From NCBI GenBank assembly GCA_002452735.1, contig DKFD01000011.1, positions 1 through 64,000 of the forward strand: a stretch of DNA of 64,000 nt. The letters are read 5' to 3'. The position numbers and the translations under genes were made by a program. Of this stretch, positions 36,365 through 45,268 are shown in pieces (the stretch's first letter is position 1; each line of letters starts with the position of its first letter). The stretch comes from Patescibacteria group bacterium UBA6805 (GTDB lineage: Bacteria; Patescibacteriota; Minisyncoccia; Minisyncoccales; Minisyncoccaceae). The notes beneath the pieces are model-generated. The model worked only from the letters and a program-made list of their open reading frames with translations, ran no database searches and had not been told where the DNA came from.

Positions 36365-37336
36365 TTGGTTCTGTCTGCTGCCTTAACCGTCTTCTTTTCC
36401 GCCGACAAAGATTCAAACAAGGTGGTTGCCGCGAATCAAGCTAATCTTATCAACATTGAATCAAGTTTGCAACCAGTGACAAGTATTATTACAGGGGAGA
36501 ATAATGTTTTAATAGCCATTTACTCTCCTCTTTTTGTTTCTTCCCAGGCCTTGGGCTCTATATTTGAAGACGGAAAAGACAATTCTATTATTAAATATAC
36601 GGTGAAAAAAGGGGAAACCGTGAATCAAATAGCGGAAAAATTTGACATTTCCGTGGAAACCATACTTTTGGTCAACGAACTGGGTTCCACCAAAATAAGA
36701 GAGGGCGACGAACTGATGATTCTGCCCGTAGACGGGCTTCTTCACATGGTGGAAAGCGGAGAAACGATTGAAAAGATAGCCAAAAAATACAGCGTCCAAT
36801 CAGGAGAAATAATCGATTTCAACGGATTATCGGATAAAGGAGAGGTTTTTGTGGGGGATATTTTAATCGTTCCCGAAGGAAAAATGCCCAAATCGTCTCC
36901 GATGGCCAGCGCTCCCGTGGCTCAGGTTACTCTGCCCGACTCGTATTTCATTTCCCCTGCCACCGGCATAATCACTCAGGGGGCTCACTTTTCCCATATT
37001 GTCAATGGATACAGGCAGTATAATGCGGCAGATATCGCCAATGCTCTGGGAACGCCCATTGTGGCCGTGGCTGGCGGACAAATTCAGATCGTAAAGACGG
37101 TCTGGCCCTACGGCAATTATATAACAATTCTTCATCCCAATGGCGTGGTTACTTTGTACGGCCATTTGAATTCTTTTGCCAAAGACATCTATTCGGGAAA
37201 AAATGTTTCCCAGGGCGAGATTATCGGATACATGGGAAGCACCGGCTACTCCACCGGTTCCCATCTTCATTTTGAAGTCAGAGGAGCGGCTAATCCCCTT
37301 TTGAAGTACGGGGTGGGAACAAAAATCGTCTATTAA
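36365..37336 (+). CDS. LysM-domain M23 family metallopeptidase
   Basis: 323 aa; two LysM repeats ('YTVKKGETVNQIAEKF', 'HMVESGETIEKIAKKY'), M23 motifs 'HFSHIVNGY...AADIA' and 'GSTGYSTGSHLHFEV'; begins with TTG, no in-frame upstream ATG. Confidence 0.8.
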   Translation: MVLSAALTVFFSADKDSNKVVAANQANLINIESSLQPVTSIITGENNVLIAIYSPLFVSSQALGSIFEDGKDNSIIKYTVKKGETVNQIAEKFDISVETILLVNELGSTKIREGDELMILPVDGLLHMVESGETIEKIAKKYSVQSGEIIDFNGLSDKGEVFVGDILIVPEGKMPKSSPMASAPVAQVTLPDSYFISPATGIITQGAHFSHIVNGYRQYNAADIANALGTPIVAVAGGQIQIVKTVWPYGNYITILHPNGVVTLYGHLNSFAKDIYSGKNVSQGEIIGYMGSTGYSTGSHLHFEVRGAANPLLKYGVGTKIVY

Positions 37337-37344
37337 AAAACGCC

Positions 37345-37710
37345 CTAAGGGGCGATTTTTTTGTTGCATTCGTTGCAGGTTCTGGCTTCGGGAAAGATTT
37401 TTAACCTGTCCAGGAGTATTTCTTTATCGCAATTTTCGCACATGCCGTAAGTTCCCTTCTCCATTTTTTCCAAAGCCAAACCAATGTCTTTTAATTTCGT
37501 TTCTAGGGCGTATTCCACGGGCAGGAGATTTTCATATTCCTCCACCTCGTCGGCCTCTTCTTCCAGGCCTTCCCCGGGATTATTGGGGTAGCGTGTCTGC
37601 CAGTCGTTATCAGTGCTTTTCTGGGCGAACCTTTCCAGCTCTTTTTCTGTCTCTTTTTTACTTAACTCCAATTGATTTTTTAGTTTATCTAAGATATTTT
37701 TTTCCATCAT
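37345..37710 (-). CDS. DksA/TraR-family C4 zinc-finger protein
   Basis: 121 aa; coiled-coil N-terminus, 'CENCDKEI...CNECN' zinc finger. Confidence 0.65.
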   Translation of the reverse strand: MMEKNILDKLKNQLELSKKETEKELERFAQKSTDNDWQTRYPNNPGEGLEEEADEVEEYENLLPVEYALETKLKDIGLALEKMEKGTYGMCENCDKEILLDRLKIFPEARTCNECNKKIAP

Positions 37711-37784
37711 ATTATTAAAATCTGCAGATAATAATATAGCCGATTATTGTCAAAATCCCCAAAACGATTATTCTTATTGTTAGC

Positions 37785-39176
37785 TTAGAGATCAAGCTGG
37801 GTTTTTGGTTCATTGTTTTGCTCCGTTTTTATTTCTAATTTGTCCAAGTCGATGTTTGTCGCCTCTTCTTCCAGTTTGTCGATTTTTAAATCTATTTTAA
37901 AAATCTCATTTTTAATGTTTTTGGCCCTTGAAGATACCAGTTGATATTTTTCTCTGAATTCGGCTCTTTGTTTTTCTACTTTATTCAGGGCGTCTTCGGC
38001 CTCCCACCTTTCTTCCTCGGTTGCCCTTCTTTTGTTTTCCGCCTGTCTTCTTTCTTCTTCTATTTTTCTGATTTCCGTCGGATTTTCAATAACAACACTT
38101 CCTCTTTTTTCCGTAATTTTTATTTCTTCCTCGACGGATTTTTCCTTAAGCATTATGTCGGTGAGCTTTTTTTCCAGCCGGTCTTTTTCTTTGGTGTTTT
38201 CTATCATTTTTTCCTTAATTTCAAATCCCTCCTTGCCGATATTTTCCAGTTCGACAAACAGCCCTTGCCTTTTTTCTTTTAAAAGGATTTTTTCCCTGTC
38301 CCCTCTCAGCATTTCCAGTTCCAGGTTAAGTTGTTTTTCTTTGGACAGAACTTTTTCAAAGGTTAGAACGCATTCTTTGAGCTGCGATCTCAGCGATTTG
38401 ATTTCATCTTCTTTTTTGTTTCCCTCTGCTTCAATTACGTTTCTTTCGTCTTCAATCTTCCATCTTTCTTTTTCCATTTTCCTTTTTTCTTCGGGGTCCC
38501 TGGAAGAAGATTCTTTCATCTCTATGCTTTTTTTGATTTCCTCTATCCTCTTTTTTCTTTCAGTAATGAGTTCAAGTTTTTTCTTGGACCTTTCTACCTC
38601 TCTTTCAATCTCCTGCTTTCTTTCTTCAAAAGGCATTTTTTCTTCCAGAACCTTTCTTAGATTTTCTTCTATTTCAAAAGTAAGGTCTGTAATTTTTCTC
38701 AGCTTTTCTTCGGCATTTTCCTCAACCTCTCTTTCTTTGATGTTCTCCATGGAAATTTCTTCTTCGGGTCCTTCTTTTGCCTGGGGCGCTTCTTCGGCCG
38801 GCTCTTCTTTGACAACAAGAGGCTCTGGTTCTGTGACGGGCTCTTTTTCAACAACAGGCTCTTTTTCCATGACGGGAATTTCCGGAGGAGCAGGCAGAGG
38901 AATCTCTTCTTTTTCCTCCGGAGTCCCTATTTTTTCATTTTGCAACGCCAATTCTTCCGAAGAAAAGTATCCTTCAGTTTCTTTGGGAGGGGCGGGAGGA
39001 AGGATTTCTTCTGTGGACTCTATTTCGGCGGTTTCATATTCTCCTTCAATAAGGGTTTCGTCTAAAAATTTTTCCTGGGCCTCCTCTGTTTCTCCTTGTT
39101 CTGCTTTGGCTAAATCTTTCTTCATGGTTCGTATCTTGTCGCGATTTAGCCTGAAAACATTTTTTTCCTCAACCAT
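37785..39176 (-). CDS. hypothetical Glu/Lys-rich coiled-coil protein
   Basis: 463 aa; low complexity, heptad-like E/K repeats, Pro/Glu-rich central linker. Confidence 0.4.
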   Translation of the reverse strand: MVEEKNVFRLNRDKIRTMKKDLAKAEQGETEEAQEKFLDETLIEGEYETAEIESTEEILPPAPPKETEGYFSSEELALQNEKIGTPEEKEEIPLPAPPEIPVMEKEPVVEKEPVTEPEPLVVKEEPAEEAPQAKEGPEEEISMENIKEREVEENAEEKLRKITDLTFEIEENLRKVLEEKMPFEERKQEIEREVERSKKKLELITERKKRIEEIKKSIEMKESSSRDPEEKRKMEKERWKIEDERNVIEAEGNKKEDEIKSLRSQLKECVLTFEKVLSKEKQLNLELEMLRGDREKILLKEKRQGLFVELENIGKEGFEIKEKMIENTKEKDRLEKKLTDIMLKEKSVEEEIKITEKRGSVVIENPTEIRKIEEERRQAENKRRATEEERWEAEDALNKVEKQRAEFREKYQLVSSRAKNIKNEIFKIDLKIDKLEEEATNIDLDKLEIKTEQNNEPKTQLDL

Positions 39177-39185
39177 ATTGTGTGT

Positions 39186-41288
39186 TTATTTTCTTGCTTC
39201 TTTTAATGATAGATTAATTCTGCCCTGTTCGTCAATAGAGACGACTTTCACGGGAACAATATCCCCAATTTTCACCACGTCGCTTACCTTGTTTACCCTT
39301 TTTTCCGATAATTGAGAAATATGAACCAGGCCTTCCTGCCCCGGAAGCATTTCCACAAAGGCCCCGAAGTCAAGGATTCTTTTGACCTTGCCTTGGAAGG
39401 TTTCTCCCACCACGACTTCTCTGGTGATGTTGTTAATCCATTCCAGGGCTTTTTGGGCCGATTCTTCTTTTTCCGCGGTTACGAATATTTCGCCCGTTTC
39501 TTCAATGTCAATGGAAACGTTGCAAGCGTCGATTATTTCATTGATAATTTTTCCTCCCGGGCCGATGACCTCGCCGATTTTCTCGGGATTGATTTTGATA
39601 ATGAATATTCTCGGCGCATAAGAAGACAGTTGTTTCCTCGGTTCAGGGAGAACCGCCCTCATTTTTTCCAGGATTTCCAGTCTGGCTTTTTTTGATTGTT
39701 CCAGCGCCTCTTTTATTATCTTCCCCGTAATACCCCTGACCTTTACGTCCATTTGCAGGGCATTGATTCCGTCTTTTGTCCCGGCCACCTTTAAATCCAT
39801 GTCTCCGTAGTGGTCTTCCTGTCCCTGGACATCGGTAAGAATCTTGTATTTTTTTTCTTCCGTGTTTTTGTTTTTGTCCATTTCCATCATCATTCCCATG
39901 GCAATACCCGAAACAGGATTTTTAATGGGAACTCCTCCGTCCATCATGGCCAGACAAGCAGCGCAAGTTGAGGCCATCGAACTTGAACCATTTGAACACA
40001 AAACTTCGGAAACCAGCCTAATGGTATAGGGAAAGATTTGAGCATCGGGGATAACCTGCCTTAAGGCCTTTTCTGCCAGCATGCCGTGTCCGATTTCTCT
40101 TCTTCCCGGACCCCTCAGAGCGCCGATTTCTCCGACGCAGGAAGGAGGAAAGTTATAGTGGTGCATGAATCTTTTTTTCCCCTCGACTTCCATTTCTTCC
40201 ATTATTTTTTGCTCTCCCGGAGAACCCAAAGTCAGAAAAGAAAGAACCTTGGTTTGGCCTCGGCAGAATAATCCCGAGCCGTGGACTCTTTCAAAAAGTC
40301 CGGCCCGGCAGTTAATTTCCCTGATTTCGTTGAGGCCCCGGCCGTCAATTCTTAAATTGCGGTCAATGACCATCTGATGTATTGTTTTTTCTCCTTCTTG
40401 CTCCAAAAGATGAAGGCCGTGGCTTACCTTCTCCGCTTCCTCATATTTGTTTCTTAAGTGTTCTTTTAATTCTTCTCGGAAAGAATCAAAGTCTATGAGG
40501 GATTTTTCCATCTTCCCTTCGGCGAATTCTTTTATTTCCTTTTCCAGCTCCTCGTCCTCTTTTTTTTCTCCAAGTAATATTTTTTCTTTTCCCATTTTTT
40601 GGGCGATTTCTTCCCCGAAAATCAGCAGCTTTTCCTGAAGAGGCCTGGTTTTTTCAATGGCCTTGTTGATTTCTTCTTCTTGGGCTCCGTCAAATTCTCC
40701 CTCAATCATATTGACCAAAATTTCTTTTTTTGATTCTGAATAAAGAGCCGAAAAGAACAAATCAAAGCTTCCTGCCTCCCGTTCCTCTTTGGCGGGGAAG
40801 GCCACAAGTTCTCCGTTCTTTTTTCCCATTCTTAAGGGGGCAACCGGTCCGTTCCAGGGTATATCCGAGACGAGAAGAGCCAGAGAAGAGGCAAAAAGGC
40901 CTAAAACCGCCGGGTCATTTTCTTTGTCCCAGGAAATACAGGTGGCGATGATTTGAACTTCCCGCTTGAAATTATCCGGGAAAAGAGGCCTGATTGCCCT
41001 GTCAATCAGCCTGGAATTAAGAATGGCTTTTTCACTCGGCCTCGACTCTCTTTTTAAAAATCTTGAGCCCAGGATTTTGCCCACGGCGTAATATTTTTCC
41101 TCGTAAGTCACGGTTAAAGGAAAAAAATCGCTTCCCTCGATTTCTTTCTTGGCCATTACGGCCGTTGCCATTATTATCGTGTTGCCGAGCTTTATCCAAA
41201 CCGAACCATTGGCCCTTTCGGCCAGATCGTTTATCTCCACCTCCAAAGTTTTGCCGTCAACGTCTAATTTAAAGATTTCGGATTTCAT
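39186..41288 (-). CDS. pnp: polyribonucleotide nucleotidyltransferase (PNPase)
   Basis: 700 aa; two RNase PH domains, KH and C-terminal S1 domain 'GETFQGKVKRILDFGAFVEM'. Confidence 0.95.
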   Translation of the reverse strand: MKSEIFKLDVDGKTLEVEINDLAERANGSVWIKLGNTIIMATAVMAKKEIEGSDFFPLTVTYEEKYYAVGKILGSRFLKRESRPSEKAILNSRLIDRAIRPLFPDNFKREVQIIATCISWDKENDPAVLGLFASSLALLVSDIPWNGPVAPLRMGKKNGELVAFPAKEEREAGSFDLFFSALYSESKKEILVNMIEGEFDGAQEEEINKAIEKTRPLQEKLLIFGEEIAQKMGKEKILLGEKKEDEELEKEIKEFAEGKMEKSLIDFDSFREELKEHLRNKYEEAEKVSHGLHLLEQEGEKTIHQMVIDRNLRIDGRGLNEIREINCRAGLFERVHGSGLFCRGQTKVLSFLTLGSPGEQKIMEEMEVEGKKRFMHHYNFPPSCVGEIGALRGPGRREIGHGMLAEKALRQVIPDAQIFPYTIRLVSEVLCSNGSSSMASTCAACLAMMDGGVPIKNPVSGIAMGMMMEMDKNKNTEEKKYKILTDVQGQEDHYGDMDLKVAGTKDGINALQMDVKVRGITGKIIKEALEQSKKARLEILEKMRAVLPEPRKQLSSYAPRIFIIKINPEKIGEVIGPGGKIINEIIDACNVSIDIEETGEIFVTAEKEESAQKALEWINNITREVVVGETFQGKVKRILDFGAFVEMLPGQEGLVHISQLSEKRVNKVSDVVKIGDIVPVKVVSIDEQGRINLSLKEARK

Positions 41289-41551
41289 GATTTGAGTCCG
41301 ATTTTTTTAACCAGCTCTTTGTATTTTTTTTCGTTGGTTTTTTCCAAATACTTTAAAAGTTTTCTTCTTTTGGCCACCATTTTAAGCAGGCCTTTTTTGG
41401 AATGAAGGTCCTTTTTGTGCTTTTGCAAATGATTGAGAAGTTTTTCTATTTCTTCCGACAAAAGAGCGATCTGGACTTCGGCCGAGCCAGTGTCTTTTTC
41501 GTGCAATTTGAACTTGTTGATGACTTTTTCCTTTTCCGTTGTTGAAATCAT
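41285..41551 (-). CDS. rpsO: 30S ribosomal protein S15
   Basis: 88 aa; 'HEKDTGSAEVQIALLSEEI...LQKHKKDLHSKKGLL'. Confidence 0.9.
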   Translation of the reverse strand: MISTTEKEKVINKFKLHEKDTGSAEVQIALLSEEIEKLLNHLQKHKKDLHSKKGLLKMVAKRRKLLKYLEKTNEKKYKELVKKIGLKS

Positions 41552-41577
41552 ATTTTTATTATTTATCTTTTTCTTGT

Positions 41578-41650
41578 GCCCCGTGAAGGACTCGAACCTA
41601 CAACCTTGAAGTTAAGAGCTTCCTGCTCTGCCAATTGAGCTAACGGGGCT
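41578..41650 (-). tRNA. tRNA-Lys (anticodon CTT)
   Basis: manual fold: acceptor GCCCCGT/ACGGGGC, D-arm GCTC..GAGC, anticodon loop CTCTTAA, T-loop TTCGAGT; one G-A at 27-43 and one T-T in the T-stem; no encoded CCA. Confidence 0.65.
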
Positions 41651-42042
41651 TAAGGATTTTTCTGGAAGAAGTAAAGGGGCCATTCCATCTGTCCCTTGGT
41701 TATGAAAGTTACGAATTCGTAAACGATAATCCAGGCGGAATAAATCAACAATATGCCGACGACGCCGTAAGTCAATATTTTTCTTCCCTGCTCCACTTTG
41801 CCCGGGTCGCCGCCGGCCGTCATGATGGTAATTCCGCCCCAGGCGAAGAAAAGAACGGCTAAAGGAGGAACCAGGTTGAAAAGGATGAAATTAACAACAT
41901 TGTTGATTAAAACAAAAAAGTCGCTAAAGGTGCAAGAATTCTGTCCTTCTCCGCCGCAGGGAACGAGTCCTTGTCCCAGAACCGGCGTGGCGAAAAACAA
42001 AAAAAGAGCGAAGAAAAGCAGATATTGTTTGATTTTTGACAT
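41650..42042 (-). CDS. short stand-alone VirB2/TrbC-like (T4SS-type) pilin
   Basis: 130 aa; signal peptide, then '...LAVLFFAWGGITIMTAGGDPGKVEQGRKILTYGVVGILLIYSAWII', the same two-helix plus basic-loop architecture as the N-termini of the three fusion proteins; its stop codon touches the tRNA-Lys 5' end. Confidence 0.55.
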   Translation of the reverse strand: MSKIKQYLLFFALFLFFATPVLGQGLVPCGGEGQNSCTFSDFFVLINNVVNFILFNLVPPLAVLFFAWGGITIMTAGGDPGKVEQGRKILTYGVVGILLIYSAWIIVYEFVTFITKGQMEWPLYFFQKNP

Positions 42043-42084
42043 AAGCTTTTTTGAGTATAGCGGTTTTAAGTAAAAAAATCAAGG

Positions 42085-42156
42085 TGCCCCCGGCAAGATT
42101 CGAACTCGCACCACTGGTTCCGAAGACCAGTACTCTATCCATTGAGCTACGGGGGC
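42085..42156 (-). tRNA. tRNA-Arg (anticodon TCG)
   Basis: manual fold: acceptor GCCCCCG/CGGGGGC, anticodon stem CTGGT/ACCAG with loop CTTCGGA, T-loop TTCGAAT; CC but no full CCA encoded. Confidence 0.7.
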
Positions 42157-42158
42157 AT

Positions 42159-42836
42159 TTAATCTTTTTTAAAGAGCTTTTTCAGGGACTTGATTCTGAA
42201 GGGAGGAACAGTATCCTGGTCAAAGATGAGCCGGTTTTCCATCAACTCGTTTCTTTTGTCCGATTCCAAAACTTCCTTAATGGGGCTCATCCTTTTTAAG
42301 AAAATGGGAATAAGGGAAAGAAGAATGAGATAGCCGATGGGCTCAAAATTTAATCCGCCCTTGAAAGTGATGAAAATGCCGGTAACCAGAGAAAGAATGG
42401 TGCCGACCGAAGCGGTCCAGATAATGGCGAAGACAATGGTGGGAACCAATATGATGATCAGGGTGGCGGGAGAAAACACCAGCATGGCTCCCATCAGGGC
42501 GCCCAATCCCCGGCCCCCCTTGAATCCCAGAAAAAGAGACCAATTGTGACCGATGACTGACATGACGCCGCAGAAAATCTGAACGGAAACAGGCAGGCCG
42601 TATTCTTTGGCCAGAAAGACCGCCAGGAAACCTTTACCAATATCCAGGGCGGCTGTCAATATTCCCTGCCATAAACCCACGTTTTTGGCCACGTTTGAGC
42701 CCGAGCTTTTTTTCCAGCCCATTTCAAGAATGTTTTTGCCGGAAGTAACCCTGGTGATTATATAGGCGAAAGGAATGGAGCCCAGGACATAGGCCAGGGC
42801 CATAAAAGCAAGACAAACAAGATATTGGTTAATCAT
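42159..42836 (-). CDS. plsY: PlsY-family glycerol-3-phosphate acyltransferase (paralogue 1)
   Basis: 225 aa; 'AYVLGSIPFAYIITRV', 'SSGSNVAKNVG', multi-TM; the family G-S-G-N-x-G-A-T-N motif is degenerate here. Confidence 0.65.
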   Translation of the reverse strand: MINQYLVCLAFMALAYVLGSIPFAYIITRVTSGKNILEMGWKKSSGSNVAKNVGLWQGILTAALDIGKGFLAVFLAKEYGLPVSVQIFCGVMSVIGHNWSLFLGFKGGRGLGALMGAMLVFSPATLIIILVPTIVFAIIWTASVGTILSLVTGIFITFKGGLNFEPIGYLILLSLIPIFLKRMSPIKEVLESDKRNELMENRLIFDQDTVPPFRIKSLKKLFKKD

Positions 42837-43500
42837 TTAAGTATGTTTTATTTTTTATTTTTTTAATCTGTTCGGACAGGCGGTCTTTATGGGCTATTAA
42901 AATCAAAGGAGTAGCGGCCAAAGCGGGATAGAACAATAATATATTATATGTATAAAGCCAGAAAAGAGCAAATACTTCTCCGCTTAATCTTCCCGTGATT
43001 TGGTCGGAAACGGCGTATTTCAGGAATTTTTTATTCACCTTTCTCCCCATTAATACTTCAAACAGAATCATAAAACAGACAACCAGAACGAGCCAGCCGA
43101 GGAAAGCCTTCCAATCAAGATAAAGCAATATGCCCAGGAAGCTGGCCGCTCCCCGTCCTCCTTTGAGCTTAAGGAAAACGGAATAATTGTGTCCCAAGAC
43201 CGCGAAGAAAGCAGCCAGAGAAACGGCCAGGGGGCTGTTTCCGGCAGTCATGGTTTGGGCCAGATAAACGGAAAGGACTGCTTTGCCGGCATCCAAAAGA
43301 AAAACAAGAAGAAAAGACAATATTCCCGCTATTCCTCCTTTTTCTTTGCTGGCGATTCTTAAAGTATTCAGGGCTCCGATATTTTTCGAACCCGATTCCC
43401 TCGGGTCCTTTTTAAAGAGAAGTTTATTGATAATCAGGCCGAAAGGAATAGAGCCCAGGACATAGGAGATTAAAGCGATAAGAATATATTTTTCCAGCAT
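42829..43500 (-). CDS. plsY: PlsY-family glycerol-3-phosphate acyltransferase (paralogue 2)
   Basis: 223 aa; 'SYVLGSIPFGLIINKL', 'SGSKNIGALNTLR'. Confidence 0.75.
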   Translation of the reverse strand: MLEKYILIALISYVLGSIPFGLIINKLLFKKDPRESGSKNIGALNTLRIASKEKGGIAGILSFLLVFLLDAGKAVLSVYLAQTMTAGNSPLAVSLAAFFAVLGHNYSVFLKLKGGRGAASFLGILLYLDWKAFLGWLVLVVCFMILFEVLMGRKVNKKFLKYAVSDQITGRLSGEVFALFWLYTYNILLFYPALAATPLILIAHKDRLSEQIKKIKNKTYLND

Positions 43501-43518
43501 ATATTTTTATTTTTAAAA

Positions 43519-44388
43519 TTAATCTTGCAACAAGCAAACGAGTACGGTGCCCGGGCCGACATGGGCGCCGATGACGAAGCTGGTCATGTTGACGAATTCC
43601 ATTTTCGTTCCCGGGAATTTGTCTTCTATCATTTTTTCCAACCGTATCGCTTCGTTGATATTGTCGGCATGGCTTATGGCCGCGTAATATTTTCCGGGTA
43701 TTTTTTTAATCAGGGCCCCTATTTCTTTGAACAGGGCGCCGGCCGTGTCTTTGGCCTGCATTTTCAAGGTAAACGGCTTGACAACGCCGTCCTTGATGCC
43801 CAAAACCGGTCTCATGCCCAGGCCCTGCATCTTTTCCAGGACTCCGGCCACGGCGCCGCTGATTCTTCCTCCGGCCTCCAGCCATCTGGGGTCTTCAACC
43901 ATTCCGAAAAGATGAACCTTTGGAACAAGTTCTTCTAAAACCTTGAAAGCGTTTTCCGCGCTGCTTCCCCGTTCAATCAATTCCGCGGCCCTGATGGCCA
44001 AAAGTCCCTCGCCAATATCAACGTTCAGGCTGTCCAGAACGAAGATTTTCTTTTGCGCTTCTTCGTTGAGCATTTTTTTAGCCTGCATGGCGGAGTTGTA
44101 GGTTCCGGATATTTTTGAACTGACGGTGATGCAAATGATATCTTGGTTTTGGGACAGAAGCTCGTCATAGGCTTTTTTATAAACTCCGATTGCCGGCTGG
44201 GACGTTTTGGGGGTGGTTTTCAGTCCTTGTCTCTGGGCATTTCTCATTTTTTCATAGATGTTTTCTCCCGAGATGGCGTTTTCGCCGCTCCAGTCAATTA
44301 TAAAAGGAACCGTTTTTATTCCATATTTTTGGATTATTTCCTGAGGCAGCGGTGCGCTTTCCCCGGCAATTATTGTTGTGTTTTTCAT
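43519..44388 (-). CDS. DegV-family fatty-acid-binding protein (FakB-like)
   Basis: 289 aa; DegV fold hallmarks 'CITVSSKISGTYNSA', 'FVLDSLNVDIGEGL'. Confidence 0.8.
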   Translation of the reverse strand: MKNTTIIAGESAPLPQEIIQKYGIKTVPFIIDWSGENAISGENIYEKMRNAQRQGLKTTPKTSQPAIGVYKKAYDELLSQNQDIICITVSSKISGTYNSAMQAKKMLNEEAQKKIFVLDSLNVDIGEGLLAIRAAELIERGSSAENAFKVLEELVPKVHLFGMVEDPRWLEAGGRISGAVAGVLEKMQGLGMRPVLGIKDGVVKPFTLKMQAKDTAGALFKEIGALIKKIPGKYYAAISHADNINEAIRLEKMIEDKFPGTKMEFVNMTSFVIGAHVGPGTVLVCLLQD

Positions 44389-44403
44389 ATATAAAAATTA
44401 TTA

Positions 44404-45264
44404 TTAATGCCAGCCGAGAACCAAAGTTCCCGGGCCGAGATGTCCGCCCAGAGGAATGCAGACAGGGCTTAAAAAGGCCGTGTCCACGTTTATCCCCGAA
44501 AGCAACGCCTTCAGTTTATTGGCTTGTTCTTCGTTGTTGGCGTGGGTGATGCTGGCCGTTATTTTTTTGCCGGACTCCCTGACTTTTCTCGTGCTTTTTT
44601 CAAACTCTTCAAACAGGGCCTGGGACAGGTTTTTAATATTCATTTTTATCCCGACAATGGTCAGTTTTCCGTCTTTGAATCCAAATATGGGTTTGAGGTG
44701 CATTCTTTCCGCGCCCCTCTGAACAAAGCGGGGTATCCGTCCGCTGGCTTCAAGCCATTTGCCATCCTGATAAGCGCCCAGCAGCTTGAAGTTCTTTAAG
44801 TCGGCGTTTAATCTGTCCACTATTTCCTGCGCGTTCAATCCTTGTTTTATGTGCTTTATGGCCTCAAGGACGATAAGGCCTTCTCCTGCGCTGCCGTTAA
44901 GCGTATCCAAAACATGAACCCGGCTTCTCATTTCCGCACTTAAGAATTTCTGGGCCTGGGTGGCCGAATTATACGTTCCGGAAATCTTGGAAGAGATGGT
45001 AAAGCACAATAATTCTTTAAAGTGTTTCAGTTTTTCCTCGAAAACCCTGGCGAAATCGTTTATTGAGGGCTGGGAGGTTTTGACAAAACCGATTATCCCC
45101 TGTTTATCCGACTGCACCATTTTTTCATAAATGGTTCCCGGGAATTGCGCCAATTGCTGCAAGTCGATTTTGAACCGGACAAGGGAAATGTCGTTTTCTT
45201 TTATTATTTCTTCGGGCACATCGACTGCTTCGTCAGCGACAATGCCTATTTGTTTTTCTTCCAT
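44404..45264 (-). CDS. DegV-family fatty-acid-binding protein (FakB-like, second copy)
   Basis: 286 aa; 'CFTISSKISGTYNSA', 'HVLDTLNGSAGEGL'. Confidence 0.8.
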   Translation of the reverse strand: MEEKQIGIVADEAVDVPEEIIKENDISLVRFKIDLQQLAQFPGTIYEKMVQSDKQGIIGFVKTSQPSINDFARVFEEKLKHFKELLCFTISSKISGTYNSATQAQKFLSAEMRSRVHVLDTLNGSAGEGLIVLEAIKHIKQGLNAQEIVDRLNADLKNFKLLGAYQDGKWLEASGRIPRFVQRGAERMHLKPIFGFKDGKLTIVGIKMNIKNLSQALFEEFEKSTRKVRESGKKITASITHANNEEQANKLKALLSGINVDTAFLSPVCIPLGGHLGPGTLVLGWH

Positions 45265-45268
45265 TTTT

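Noticed and set aside
38032-39315. 427-aa plus-strand ORF rich in Ser/Phe/Ile
   Set aside because: It is entirely antisense to the Glu/Lys-rich coiled-coil gene and the 3' end of pnp. Its low-complexity translation is the complement of GAA/AAG-rich codons, so it is a spurious mirror ORF.
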